This document shows positions 11,270-24,397 of a DNA stretch of 64,000 bases, piece by piece. Both the position numbers and the translations under genes were made by a program. The notes below the pieces were generated by a model. That model saw only the letters and a list, made by a program, of their open reading frames with translations, was not told the DNA's origin and searched no databases. The stretch's first letter is position 1; every line of letters starts with the position of its first letter. This DNA comes from Callorhinchus milii (lineage: Eukaryota): the NCBI RefSeq assembly GCF_018977255.1, contig NW_024704742.1:2172001-2236000 (forward strand), given 5' to 3'.

Positions 11270-12720
11270 AATCCGTCTTTTTAAATATATAATTTCATGC
11301 CCTGATGATCACATTTGGCTTGTGAACTGTATTTGTTTTGTGAGCGAGGGGAGGGGGACGGTGGGGGGGTGGGTTAATAGCTACGTACGGTTCTGTATGA
11401 CATGTGATCATCTCCTGTCCTTGAGGTATTTGTCATATTTTGTGGATTTGGCCACATGATTGACAGTGACTTTGTGAAGGAACCTCTTGATGGTAATGGC
11501 ACTGGAGTCCCTTTTCAGATGACATCTGCCAAACACATAGTGCAAATTGGCAGTATTTTGGGTTTATCACGACTTGTCCATTGATGGTCATATCAGGCAG
11601 GGGCTGAGTCAGTCAACATCTCCGCAGATGCCAGCGAGACACACGCTATTCGGTTCAGAACTTCCCTGCAGCGTGCAATATCTTTCCTCCCTACCAATAC
11701 TCCCACAGCCTCTCTTCCCCGCTCAGCAAGGAAGTAAAATATAAATCAGCGCTGGATTGATGTTAGTTAAAGAGGACAGATTGGATATGTGGTTCGTTCA
11801 GTCTAGTTAATTCACAGACTACTCTGCGCCTTTGATGATTTACATTTCAGTTGTTGAGAAGTGTTAATACGATGATGGATAGCATCTTTGACTTAATTTG
11901 GAAATGGTTTCTCAATTAATCTTGGTACGAAGTAATTAGTAACAATGCGTACGCAGTGGCAAAGAGCTCACTAACACTTATTATTGCAAATGTAACCCAA
12001 TTTATCTGCTCAATCGGTGACATTTTAAATGAGCTGTGACATTAAGCGGATTTCAGTTTCCGTAACGGAAAAAAATGTAAATAAAGCCGAAAGATGTGAC
12101 GGCGAGTTTAAGAGGTTGATGCGAAGTAAAGATAAAAGCTTAGGAGAAGGTAAGGAGGTTGCAGGCGTGTTGGTAGAGAACAATAAGACGTGTCTAAAAA
12201 TAAGTGGATGGGGTGATTGACAGGCGCATTGAGTTCTGAATGGCACATCAATGTGTGCGGGTCAGAGAAATGGTTATGTTACGTTTATAAATAAGGAGAC
12301 GCAGCAGGTGCAGTGTGTGCAAGCATTGGTTACGTGTAATTTCAGGTTTGTCTCGGAAAGAAAAAGAGGACGAATAAAAGCTTGGTCCCGTAGTGAAGTA
12401 AAATGGACTTGAAGTACTGATAGAGCGACCGGGGAATAGACTGAAATATGATCCAATTACGAGAGAACGGGCGTAAATGTTGCAAAATTACTAGGAAAGG
12501 GAGTAGAATTGTGGGGAACGTCATGATAATTAATGAACTATGACAAAGTGCTGTGATGGTGATTTGGTTCCCAGTCCCTCTTTATTTGCATTGCAACCTT
12601 TGTCCTTTGTCACCGTAATGCGTACGACTGCAATCAGATTTGGGAACACTAATCATAGGAGTACGTTGTGTTTTTAATAAATAATTGAGCCGCAGCTTTA
12701 CGGATCGAGAGACGACACTG
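11270..12720. promoter_or_regulatory. Candidate developmental enhancer block (Pbx-Meis and Pbx-Hox motifs)
   Basis: Repeat-free; TGATTGACAG at 11457 and 12214, TGATTTAC at 11836, TGATGGAT at 11873, many TAAT. Confidence 0.45.
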
Positions 12721-13029
12721 ATACCAAATTATATTTTTTTTTACGGCTGTATTTACTAAGCCCTCTGATAAGCCGTGTTCTTCAAGTTGAAGAGTTATAC
12801 AGGAGGTTTGATCACAAAATCCTGTAGCATTCTATCCAGGTAAGGAGCAGGGAAATTCTCTGCTGGGATCCCATTGACCAGACCATATATCTTGAGAATG
12901 TTACTTCACATTGCAGGATTCAATGCAATGAATTATTCAGCCAATCCAGAGGAACTGTGATACAATTCAGGACTGTGTAGCTCAGTCTCGTGTGACCAAA
13001 AAAGCATTTTGTTTCTTCGTCTGCAATAA

Positions 13030-13345
13030 GAATGGTTTGGATGAAGAAGGCCCTTAGGTCCATCGGATCTCCTTTAATGCCCCACCTCATCACAGCATTT
13101 AAACTGCTAAAGCCGCTTTGTAAATTAATCCAGTGTTCTGCCCTCTACCACCTTTCCTGGCATCTTGTTCCAGTAGTTAAATACCCTCTGGGTCAAGAAA
13201 AAAATCCAAATATCTGTCCTGAAGTTGTCCTTTACAACTGTAAATACCTACATCCACTTGTTCTACTCTCTTGTTGCATCATAAACTCAATATTGATCTG
13301 GGTTTACTTTTCCAATCCCATTTAAAATGTTATGCATCTCTATGA
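13030..13345 (-). mobile_element. CR1 LINE 3' fragment
   Basis: ttggatgaagaaggcccttaggtccatc and ctctaccacctttcctggcatcttgttccag, homologous to 41275-41615. Confidence 0.75.
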
Positions 13346-13360
13346 GGCCTAGACTGAATG

Positions 13361-13715
13361 CTTGCTCATATCCCCTTATCACATCAGTGAGGTGTCTCAA
13401 AGCGCTTCACAGAATATACAAGTGAATTGACCGTGTATATTGTGGGTGAAATGTGGCAGGCAATTGCGCACAGCAGTGGCTCGCAAAAAGTCGTGGATTG
13501 AGTGACCAAATTATATTATCAATATTATTTATAAGGGATTATTACCCTCGGAAAGCGATCCGTCAAAGACTAACAACCGGGTTCCTACTTACTGCTGGAT
13601 AAACAGGCGTGTGGAGTAAGGAAACTTGCCTCAGGTTTCGACCCACCTGGGAATCGAAATCGGGTCCTCTCGCTCACGAGGCGAGTGCCGAAACCAATAC
13701 ACTACCGGACTCCAC
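13361..13715 (-). mobile_element. tRNA-Ala SINE, long form
   Basis: Reverse complement of the 4041 element; head ends ctaccggactccac. Confidence 0.85.
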
Positions 13716-14191
13716 ATATTAATAATAATACTAATAGTATTTTCTCTACCAGTTGAGTAGTCCTTACAGAGAATTTTTTGGAGATCGCGTGGCCACAAGT
13801 CCAGGCTTCACAATACTGCGCAGACGGTCACAAATCAGCTGACGTTTGTTCCGAGAGTTGCCCTTTTAAGAGAGCTGCAGCTTCATCACGCGGTGACCAT
13901 TGGGTTGACCAGGTGGCGTTCTGGTGGGCTTCATTAGGTGCTCGATCGGCAGCAAGGCCGGAAGCAAGTTTGCTCCCGTTGGAATACATACACCTGTGTG
14001 TTCGAGTCAAAAAAAAAAATCCGAGACAGAACAGTTTTACCCGGGCATAATTGTTTAATATAAGTTTATCTGAAAAAAGAAAGAACGAGCTCTCAGTGAG
14101 CGTAGGAAAATGGCCTTGGTTATTAGCACTTGGTGCTACGTTCCGAACATTAGGATGAATGTGGAGCAGGTAGACAGCGAGATAAGCTTTG

Positions 14192-14260
14192 AACAACAAC
14201 AACACGACTTGCATTTACATAGCGCCCTTCACGTGGGGGTAGTGTCCTGGAACGCTTTCA
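14192..14260 (-). mobile_element. L2 family-2 3' tail only
   Basis: (CAA)n followed by acttgcatttacatagcgcccttcacgtgggggtagtgtcctgg. Confidence 0.7.
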
Positions 14261-14579
14261 GATGCTACGCTATTTTTCAAGGCTGACCACGGCTAGTTGG
14301 AATCGGAGCGGGTACAGGTTACCAGGACACTGGAAGTGGATCAGCTGTTTTTAGGGGTCAGCCAAAAAAAACGATGTCTGGAAACCTATCGCAATGCTTA
14401 ATGGTATCCAAACCAGCCTGAGAGTTCCACCTGTGTGTCACCTACACATGGAAATCTCCCGGTGGTCTGGAATAGAACGCAGACCTCTCTCCCCGTAGGA
14501 ACGTACCCTGCTTTACCCAATTCCACAGAGTATGAGGCACAATGGGCAAAATCCAAGGCTTGGGGCTACATAGAGGTTG

Positions 14580-14685
14580 CATTGGGGTGGGGTGGGGGGG
14601 GGGGTATTGCTGCAGTTTATTCAGCTAACACCACGTATCTTGGCATTGAGAGCACTATCTGGCAAGCTTCCCTCCGCTCGACCAG
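14580..14685 (+). repeat. Unclassified dispersed repeat (partner at 57450-57540, inverted)
   Basis: cagctaacaccacgtatcttggcattgagagcactatctggcaagcttccctccgctcgacca matches the reverse complement of 57451-57512. Confidence 0.75.
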
Positions 14686-15039
14686 TTTGGACCACTGTTA
14701 TGGCTTTGGCTCACAGAGTTAAGCGGAGCCAAGAAGGAACGATGTTTTCTCTGCGCCTCGAAATCCTGCTGATGAGCCAGGCTGACGGTTTGTCATCAGC
14801 TGTGCCCTGGAGTACTGCAGACCCACCTGCACTACCGAGAGGGTCTGATATTCTGTTGCCATCACGTTGCTACCAGCTCACGTCCCTGCTTAACTCTATC
14901 CCCACCCCCCTCCCCAGAAATGATAAACTCACGGGATTGTGTGACAGCCACCTTCACCTCTCCCAGTTCAGACATTTGTTTTCCATTTAAGAGCCACTCA
15001 TTAATAATGGCAATATCCCTTGAATTTGGTACAGCCGGT

Positions 15040-15443
15040 TTCACGTCAGGAGGACATTAAAGCCCTTGACAGAATTTACTGTAAAGTGTTGTGACTCAGT
15101 GCGATGAGGGCGGATGCAGCAGTTCAGTTGCGCACAGCATCGTCCCACAAATAGCCACAAAGTAAATGGCCAATTTAATCTGGCGCATCGTTGGCTCGGA
15201 CACTGGGAGAGAAACTCCCTTGCCTTTTCAGATAGCGTCATGGGATCTGTAACAAGCACCCAAGAGTGACATGGCAGATGGGACCTCAGTTTAGTGTCTC
15301 ATCCGAAGAACAGTGTAACACACCCCCAGCTCTGTGCTGCAGTGTCAGCCTGGACTGTGAGTTCAAAATACTGAACGTGGGGCCTGAGCTCACAGTTTTC
15401 CTGCTCAGAAGTGAGAGTGCTCCCAACTGAGCTGGGCTGACAC
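15040..15443 (-). mobile_element. Old Deu-type SINE, near full length
   Basis: Head gtgtcagcccagctcagttgggagcactctc (reverse complement), Deu-like body, stem-loop tail. Confidence 0.82.
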
Positions 15444-16384
15444 TTAACGCGCTCAGTACGCAAACATTTTGTGTGAAAAATGCGCGCAAAGTCGTATATT
15501 TGCATGCCTTAAGCAATATTGTTTCGGACCAGGCTGGTTTATTCTGATCCAAGTATTGCAGGAGTGTAGCTGCCAGTAACTTAAAACATGCCGCTATCAC
15601 AACGGTCCAAGTGACTTAGACTTTCTTACTCAAGGCGGAGATGTCCATTTGGAGCAACTAATATACTTCTCCAAGTAAAAAAGAAAGGCCAGAATAATGG
15701 ATCAGATTCTAACCAAGATCCCTTTTAAATCACCATAATCATTCTGGTAGTAATAATAATAATGTGCATTACAATAAATGATCTAAAAGTCTGTCTGGAG
15801 TAAAGGCTTCCAAATAGCATACGCTCCAGGAAGAAAGCTGATCGACAGCCTCGGATTAGTTCAGTATAGAGCTGGAGAAATATGTGCCCCTAAACTGGGA
15901 AGATTTAATAGAAAGCTTTCACCAATACGCTAATGTAATGTTAGCTCAAGACATTAAGCAATATTGTGTCCTTTTGAATGATAGCATTGATTTGGCAGTA
16001 CTGACTGAGCAATTCCCCACTTTGTATCCATTCGAATAGACGGAGAGGAAGATTGGTGCCATTTACCAGCAAAATTGGGAGATCCAACATGTAAAAATTC
16101 TGTATTTTGTGGAAATGTGTCATTCAGCGTTTGCCTACAAACGTACCGTCACTATATTTGACAGAAATTACCTGCGAACCATTTTGTGATTTTTTTTTCA
16201 ATCTTATAAGTGCTCTGTCAAATGCAATGAAGGCCGACGCAGATGCAATGGACTAGTTTGCGCCAACAGTGCTTGTTTAAGATGTCGATTGATTCGAGTG
16301 CAGTGTAGCAAGTGACTGCACAGCAGAGAGATACAGGTCAAACAACAACAACTTGTAATTTATATAATAATAATCATTGAATTC

Positions 16385-16563
16385 ATCTCTTGTGGGTGAA
16401 ATGCGGCAGCCAATTGCGCATTGCAGTGTCCCACAAACAGTGGTGGATTGAGTGACCAATTTATTATTATTATTTTTTTTGAGGGAATGACTACCTCGCC
16501 ATTCGACCAACAACCGGGTTCCTACCTACTGCTGGGTAAACACAGGCGTGTGGAGTAAGGAAA
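16385..16563 (-). mobile_element. tRNA-Ala SINE long form, internal portion
   Basis: aaccgggttcctacctactgctgggtaaacacaggcgtgtggagtaaggaaa. Confidence 0.8.
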
Positions 16564-17080
16564 TATAGCACCCTTCATGCGGGTAGTGTCTTAGGTTGCC
16601 AAATGCACGGTGGAAGAGGAATGTCTTAAGATGCGATTTGAAGGCAGGCAAAGAGGTGGGGCAAGGAGGAGGGATTGTGGGTAAGGAGTTCCAGAGATTC
16701 GGGGTGCAGCGGCTGAAAAGCATGACTGCCAATTGTGGAGCAGAGGGGACAAGGGACATGGGTTAGGGTAAGGGTTAACCCTAAGCCTGACCCTAATCCT
16801 ACTTGTGAGCAGATCAGATAGACAGGGGCCAGGGTGTGATGAGATTTGAAAGTGAGAGTGAGCATCGTGCAATGGATCTGTCCTGCAAAAGGGAGTCGAG
16901 CAAGAGATAGGACATGGCAGCAGAATCGTGAATCATTTGGGCATTGTCAATCGTGGAGCTGGGGAGGGAGACTGGCGAGGAACGAATTGGAAAACTCGAG
17001 GTGGGATTTAAATCCCCACACTCTGCAGAGTTCCAGCTCGGGGCCAGCCTGGATAGGAGGCCGTTGAGCTTCCTATGGGG
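16564..17080 (-). mobile_element. L2 family-2 3' fragment with internal telomere-like filler
   Basis: Tail atagcacccttcatgcgggtagtgtc; minus-strand peptides PNLWNSLP and FKSHLKTFLF. Confidence 0.8.
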
Positions 17081-18559
17081 TGGGGAGGCAGAGAGTGAAG
17101 GGTGTCTGATCGAGGTGGTGGGAGCGGGGAGCTGTTGTATACCACTTGGTGGCCAGCCAACAACTGTGTGAGCGGTAGCTTTTTTTATGTACATGCCCAA
17201 GAAGAGATAAAATGTTGGAAAGATACTGTCAGAAAGACAGTACCCATCTATATGTGGTATTTTACAGCTCCAGTAAGCTACACTCTGTGGGATGGGTGCC
17301 ATATAAATGTGAGTTGTTGTTGTTGTTGTTCTGAATAACTCAGAATGACTGGCTGTGCATTTCAAGATAGTAATCCAGGCACAGGGTCAGGTAACAAAGA
17401 TTCATGGTTCCAGGTTATGACAGAGTCTGGTTTACTATTTTATAATTAACGTCCACCCACATCGCGCCCTCCAGTTAATGGACAAACAAACTGTGTTTTC
17501 CCCTGGAGCAGTCTTTTCTGACGAGTATTTCTGTGGAATCATATCGGACTTGAAGAACTGAGGTGAATCTTTCCTCAGTTTACTGTTTGATCCGCTGGGT
17601 CTCAGGAAAATTGGTTTAGAATAGCTGTACTAGCAGTGGAGTAGCTGTTCCACAGTCTCATTGTAGAAGAGACCGTGATTGCATTCAGATATTAAAATAA
17701 TAATTATAATAATCCTTACATTTGGTGTGGCGCCATTTGGCAGGATGTCTCAAAGCGCTCACACAACATATAGTTTAAAATGGACGGAATGTGTATTTGA
17801 TGTTTGTTTGTTTGCTCTGGTTGTGTATGGATGAGATTGTTCACTTTCAGCTGCAACAAGAGCAATAGAAGAGGGTTGACCTAGAAAGTGAGTGCGTAAG
17901 AATCACTTGACGATGGAACAGAGGATATATGACAAGGGACAGAGCATGTTAATCCCCAGGACATGTATAGCATAGTAGTATTACATTGAATCTTACAGCT
18001 CAGAAATAGGCCGATTGAACGTGAAAAAAAGGATTTGTATTGTTAGCGCACTTTATCATGACACAAAGCCTTTTGCCAGTAAGTACTGACAGGCGTAGAC
18101 ATAGAGGCGGGTGGCCCTATGTAGAACGGTATCATAGGCCCAGCGTCTAAATACTTTTTTTTCAATATATTGTTTACAATTCCTTTCTGGATTGTCGGGT
18201 GTAGGAACGCATTTATTCACAAGTATTTTCTTGTTATTTACACCCCCATTTGTCTTACGGCAATGTCTCTAGTGACTTCAGAGGCAGCGCTGGTATCTAA
18301 GTGATGGGTTGCTGTTGGTTCCGCAGCTGTTATTTCCACCTTCCGAGGTTGGTTTCCATCCCACGTTCGGGAGCCGAAAGATGTGGTCGAGGAAGTAAAT
18401 TGGTTGCAACCGTTTTGTGTGCGCTTCTGCGCGTGCGTTTGTGCGCGTGAGTTGCCATGTTTTATGGCCCAGAGATCATTAGAAGGTCAACAGCATCAAA
18501 CAAGCACAAGCCGTGCGCTGTGACTTTTTTGCCTTAACAAGCAATTGTAGCAACCCTAC

Positions 18560-18678
18560 GGCAGAACTCGCCGAGATCAGTCAACTCAGCACACGCTGGG
18601 AATCAAACCTGTGACCTTTTGGTCAAAATTACTTAGTGCTACATTGAACACTGCCTCTACCCATTAAGCCATTGGGAA
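18560..18678 (-). mobile_element. tRNA-like head of the ancient AmnSINE2-like SINE
   Basis: Reverse complement reads tggcttaatgggtag...caggtttgattcccagcgtgtgctgagttgactgatctc. Confidence 0.5.
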
Positions 18679-18807
18679 ATCCTATTAGAGATTCATAGTT
18701 GGTGCCAAAGTTTGTGACAAGTTACATTTTGTTGCAGGCTTCGATTCTTGCCGTGTAGGAGACTTGCCTTACATTGGATGGAAACATTGCCACTTTGGAC
18801 CTACAGT

Positions 18808-18922
18808 TAATAATAATTATATTAATTTTGATAAAATGCCTTGGCACGTCATTGAGACGTCTCAAAGAGCTTCACAGAATAAACTGTAAAGTGAATCGAC
18901 TGTATATGTGTGGGCGAAATGC
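18808..18922 (-). mobile_element. SINE 3' end, 5'-truncated
   Basis: acgtcattgagacgtctcaaagagcttcacagaat...gactgtatatgtgtgggcgaaa. Confidence 0.8.
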
Positions 18923-19114
18923 AAAATATACAGTCAATTATTAAACACTGTTTATGAATAAATTCTACATTTATTTTATAAATTAATTTATAATTATACA
19001 TTTATTTATTTGTAAATAAATTATTTATTATCAAATAAATTCTGGATTTATGCAAATGAAAGATGCCCATGGAGGGCTGTATTAGATATATTCGGTGTAA
19101 TATCTCAGTGAACA

Positions 19115-19425
19115 CAGAGGGGACTTTAGAGAGGTACAGTCAATTCTAAATGGGATTGAAAAAGTAAAGTAAGAACAATACTTTCGGATTTGTCAGGGCA
19201 GCAAAATAAGAAGGCACAGGAGAAGGGTTGAAAGGGGAAATTTCAGGAAGGACACTATATTTCTTTATCCAGCGTATAATTAATTAAAAGTGACCAGGAA
19301 GAGTAATTGAGTCCAAGATACTGGACTTGTTTTAAAAAAGAAACCATGCTTTGATGGTGGGTGCACCAGAAGAATGAGATCAAATGGGCTGAAAGGCTTT
19401 CTTAATCCAAACCTCTCTTGTGTTC
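19115..19425 (+). mobile_element. CR1 LINE 3' fragment, decayed
   Basis: agaggggactttagagaggtacagtcaattctaaatggg resembles the RGD...EV...ILNG region; CR1 tail atgggctgaaaggctttct. Confidence 0.65.
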
Positions 19426-20361
19426 AACTCATATTGATGATGTTTTGCTCCCTCATTCTTTTTGTCCGTGAATTCTGTTAAAATATGTTTTCACCCGTGC
19501 TTAATGGATGGAGATAGACATTTTTGCCCGGGGCCATTTGAAGTTTCCTCGAGATCAAATGAGACGGGTTAATCATTGCTGTTAATCCCGGCTCAAACCT
19601 AGTGCTGAAGTCACATTGCAACTGCTGCGTGAAATGAGTTTGGACAACCCCTTAACTTGCTCTGAGTTAGATTGTCAATTAGAGTTACATTAAGATCACA
19701 AAACTGCCTTGAACTGGACACCAATAGACAGTCTCATTCAGAGCACACAGGTTGGGTGGTGTAAAGAGTGGAAAGATTCACTCCGATGGACCAGGGAGTA
19801 CGTCTCCGAGGTTAAGGTTCAGGTGCGTTGTTAAAGATCTGTGCTCTGCAGCAGTCTGGGAGTATTTGGCGTTCATGCTGGAAGACAAAAGCAGAGAAAT
19901 GTTCTACTCTCCGGCACTGACATCCTTCACCTTGACGAGCACATAAATTCATCCGTAAAAGAAGACATCTCCTTCGTTCATTGAGAAGATCAAAATAGAA
20001 AGATCATGCCATGTTTATCTAAGTTACACTTTCCTTGTCCTTGAGACGCCCATAAATCGTATGTTTCTTGGACAATTGGGGTTGCCCTAACACTGAATGT
20101 GTCATATTGCTGACAGGACAAAGTAAACTCTACGTGAGATTACTTTCCAGGCTGAAGATAAGTTGATTGAGCAAAGATGCAATCCTTTCACTTGGAAAGT
20201 CAAGGCAATCAGAGATCTTACAAGCAATTCCTGAATTTATTTTACAGCTATTATACTTGATCCTCGAGCCAGGACACCAGGAGGAACTCCCTTCTCTTTA
20301 CAAATGAAGCATTTGCTTCATCCCTGCTTAATAGGAAATAAAAAGAATCAAGTTTATGATC

Positions 20362-20655
20362 ATAATAATCCTTGCAATTCACATAGCGCCTTATCACATC
20401 GTTGAGACAACTCAAAATACTCCACAGGATTCATTGTAAAGTGTAATGATTGTAATTTGTGGGCAGATGTGGCAGCCAATTTGTGCACAGCAATGACCCA
20501 CAAACAGCCATGAAGTGAAAGCCTATTTTTATATCTGGCGGAATATTAAGCAGAATAGCAGGGAGAAATTCCCTTCTTTTTTCAAATAGTGTCTTGCGGT
20601 CTTTAACATCCATCTTGAACGGACAGATAGAATCTTGATTTAATGTCTCATCTGA
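20362..20655 (-). mobile_element. Old Deu-type SINE
   Basis: ggcagccaatttgtgcacagcaatgacccacaaacagccatg plus tail. Confidence 0.8.
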
Positions 20656-22249
20656 AATTAATAGTCTAAAACAAAAGCCTCTCGACTCGAACACAGTTAC
20701 TGTGAAGCTCTTCGAGACATTTGGAGGTGGTACGAGGTAAAAATAAAATTGTGAATTTTTTTTTCTCTCGCTGTGATGGGGATGTGAAGGCCCACTCAGG
20801 TGAGGATCATTTTTCGCCGTTTGCTGACTGTAGAATCTGGTTATTAATTGGAATTAAATATGAGTGTTCTGAAGCTAAGATGACATCGCTCTCACAGCCA
20901 GAGAATGCCTCCTCCTATAGAAATGCATTTACTTCCTATCGAAAATTCATTTCATTATTCCTTATCAGCTACTGTACACGATGACTGACCCAATGCTCCC
21001 CCCCCCCACCCCCCAAGCAATCGGTGTAATTAGAATCTGCAAGCTGCTTTTGCCTGTATCTGTTAATCCTTACCATTGTACGTACTAAACACAAATCATC
21101 CACATCTTCAAATATTCGGAGCTCCTTTTATCTTCCAAACAATTCCAACCTACCGTGGTTTGATTGTGCGTTGCTTTCGCTTGGGTTTCGTGTTCCCTGG
21201 GCGGGCATCTTGTCTGAGACTGATGTGGGTGATGTCGGAGCCAGGCTTTGGGGGTGTCAGGAGTCTAGAGGAGAAAGGGGGAGGAGGGGGGGGTTCAAAA
21301 CAATAAATTGTAGATCGATTGGGGTGGGGGTGCGAGTAAGGAGTGAGTGGAGATTCATGTGGAGTCTAAACAATAGCACAAACTGGTTGGGTTGAATGGC
21401 CTGTTTCCTTGCTGTAGAGTGTATGGAAATCTATGGAAATCCAAATAAAGTGGGGTGGGGGGGGGGGGGGGGAGGAGGGGAGGTGGGGGGGTGAAACCCA
21501 AAAGATATACGGGGAGGGAAATAGGAGAAATAGGAGGAACTTTCATGGTTTTCTGGAATCTACCTACATCAGACCTGCACATTAAAAGATAAACAGTCTC
21601 CTTTTTCAATTTAGATGCCGGCTTTGATTAGATTCTCCCACAGTTGCGCTTTTCATCCTGGGCTGAGAGGTTTTGAGGTTACAATGCTATTTGTGGAGGA
21701 CAGGATTTTTCTGTGAAAGGCACTAATGCTTGCGCCGACGAGCCAAGGCCAAAGGCAAGCGCTATTCCCCCCACATCTGCCTTTCCAGAAGTTGCACTGA
21801 CTCCATCGCCATGACTGTCGCAGCAAACCTCCTGTAGTTTAATGTCACTGACTGTATGCTTTCTGAAAGAAGATTACCCAAAGAAAACATTCCCGCTGAG
21901 CGTATGAATAGCGAGTGTCTTATTTGTCAATGTCTGGAGAGAATCTGTGCTCTGCTGCTTTCGCAATATTGTTAAAACACATGATTATAATTGTGATCCT
22001 GCCACCAATTATCTTTCAAATTAGATGTACAAAGTTATAATCTTGCTCTCAGCAGGACAGGATCAGGGCACATTATGTACAACATTCCTATTATTTTTTT
22101 TTGCAAAAGTTTCTGTGAATACTTTTCTTCAAAGAACGCTGCACTTTAACGCTTTTCGATAAACCGTGTTCTTCAAGCGCAGAGATGTTTAGTGCTGTGT
22201 AACAGAACGCGTTCCAATGTTGAGTCAGTGTCAAGGCGTTAACAAGGCA

Positions 22250-22478
22250 GGGCAAGAACATCAAATTGCATTGATGTAGCGCCTTTCACGTCAGGAGGAA
22301 GTCCCAAAGCGCTGGTCGGTCAAGGGTTTGCCTTCGTGCCTTTGGTCATGGAGTCAAGAGAGATGGGGAGCAAAGGGCTTGGGGGCGGGAATCAAAAAGG
22401 GGAGTGGAGGGCAAGGGGTTTGGGGATGGGAAAATGACCGAAGGAACACTCAAAGAGGAAGATCTTGAAAATGGGTGA
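22250..22478 (-). mobile_element. L2 3' end
   Basis: agcgcctttcacgtcaggaggaagtcccaaagcgct followed by a G-rich UTR. Confidence 0.7.
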
Positions 22479-24064
22479 TGGATTCAGCCCATCGTGGCTT
22501 TGCCGGCAAATATCAGTTTTGATATTGTCCACTGCCCAAATGAATCATTCTGGGACCCTCCACCCTCCACCTCCCCCCTCAAGTCGGATTAGGGGATCAC
22601 TTTTGATCTCAGCGGATAGGATTTCTTATGTTAATTCTGGGTGTTTGTGAACGGGTTCAATCTGTGGGGTTGGTTTGGTCTGTAAGGTGGCCAACTGCAA
22701 ATCTAAAAGGCTAGTCTGAAAAAAAAGGCCAGGGAGTCAAATTTCAATATGATTTGAAAATGTAACACCCGCGTGATAATTTTAGGAGAATTTGCCCTTT
22801 TGTCTGCACGAGAGCTGAGCCAGCACTGTCCATGATACAAATGCGGCGTGCAATATTTATGTGATGATCAACACCGGTTCTAATTAATGAATTGCGTACT
22901 GCCTTCACCCTCTCCCACCACCCCACATGTTTTGAACCAAAACATGGCCACCCAAGGACTCGACAAAATAGCATTTGGTGAAAATAGCACTTCAAAGTCG
23001 ACAAAGTCCATTATACAGTCATCAAGGGTGAGATAAAGCTATTCCCCGATGCACTTAAATGTCAGCTATGGCCCCTTTTCCAATTCTCACATTGTTTCTG
23101 GTTTCAGCCACCGTTGAGCATTTGAGAAATAGGGAGTAAACACCATGCATTTTTTTTTGTATGTTCATTGAGTTGGGTAAGCTGCAATATCTCACCTCTA
23201 ATGGTTTCACTGTTCCTTCCACCTGTAATGTCTTCAAACGCTTTCTGTCATTGACGTCTCGATGCAGATGGCTTTGAAACGGGCGCGCAGTAGGTTCTAC
23301 CGCTGGGCGAGTTTTAAACCGCACCAAGTACGTCAGTGTTGTGAAAAGCGTGAAATGTAACTGAAGGCATTTATAGTTATTGTCAGGTTTTTTGACGTTG
23401 ACTGCTGCTGCAGTTCTGTTGAGTTTTTTTTAGGTTCCATCCCCCTCCGCCCCCCCCCACCCATTTCGATAAAGAACGATGTGACAAAAAGATGCCAATA
23501 AAGTCCGCCAGCGCCCGGCTCTTTCATTCAAATTGACAATGAGTGAGAATCGAGAGTAAAAGAGGAATTTGTCACCTTGAATTGAATGGGAATCCCAAGA
23601 AAGAAAAAGGCAACATGTATATCGACCAATATGCTGCGATAGTAATCCTTGCTTATGACAGAGTGCCGAAATGTCTCAGAACATTGCCGGCTGGTACTTT
23701 ATTTCTGATCTTTTCAAAAAGTCTGAATCTGCTGGGAAAGTGGCAATAAAAAAAAAGCTAATAGTAACAACATCTTTGTAAGGGCTTTTTCTATGACTGT
23801 TTCGACATGGGTGGAATATCAATGAGAGGCCGGGTTCATTTACGTGCTCAGCTGCGATGCCATCTACTTTGCGATGTCTCAAAGACATGATAACGTTCTC
23901 TATCAAATGTAAGGATGACTATTATTATCCGTGATTCAAGTAGCCTGTGGATAGTTATTGTGCACAGTCATTCAGGAAGAATTGCCACTTTACACTGGAG
24001 GGTGTTTGGCCGTACTGGATCCTTAATTCTGTGCCAGTCAGTACCTCGATCAGTGAGTCAGTGA

Positions 24065-24397
24065 CTGTAGGACACCAATTTAAGAGAGTTAACAAGGAAA
24101 CAAAGGGAAAAATTGTTTTATAGCTAATTTGAGATATATGTGCAGGAAGGTGGAAGACGAACTAGGTGGACCTTGGTCTTTTCTCATCTAGCATTTCTCA
24201 TGTTCTTATGCAAAGAGTTCTTTCCCTGTGCAAAGGACGCTATATGAAAGGAAATGCAAGGTATATGATCTTTAAAGGCCAAAAGGGCTAGGGCACGAAG
24301 CAGGGCAGTGGGATTGTATGAACACTCATTCTGAGAGCCGGTGTAGACTCGATGGGCCAAATGACCTTTTTTACGTGCTGTAAATTTGTATGATTCC
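24065..24397 (+). mobile_element. Two adjacent CR1 3' ends
   Basis: actaggtggaccttggtcttttctcatc...tatg and gatgggccaaatgacctt...tgctgtaaatttgtatgattc. Confidence 0.6.

Noticed and set aside
19790..19880. Minus-strand acceptor (tttctctgcttttgtcttccAG) with short frames
   Set aside because: The frames I translated stop within about 30 codons, and no partner exon was found
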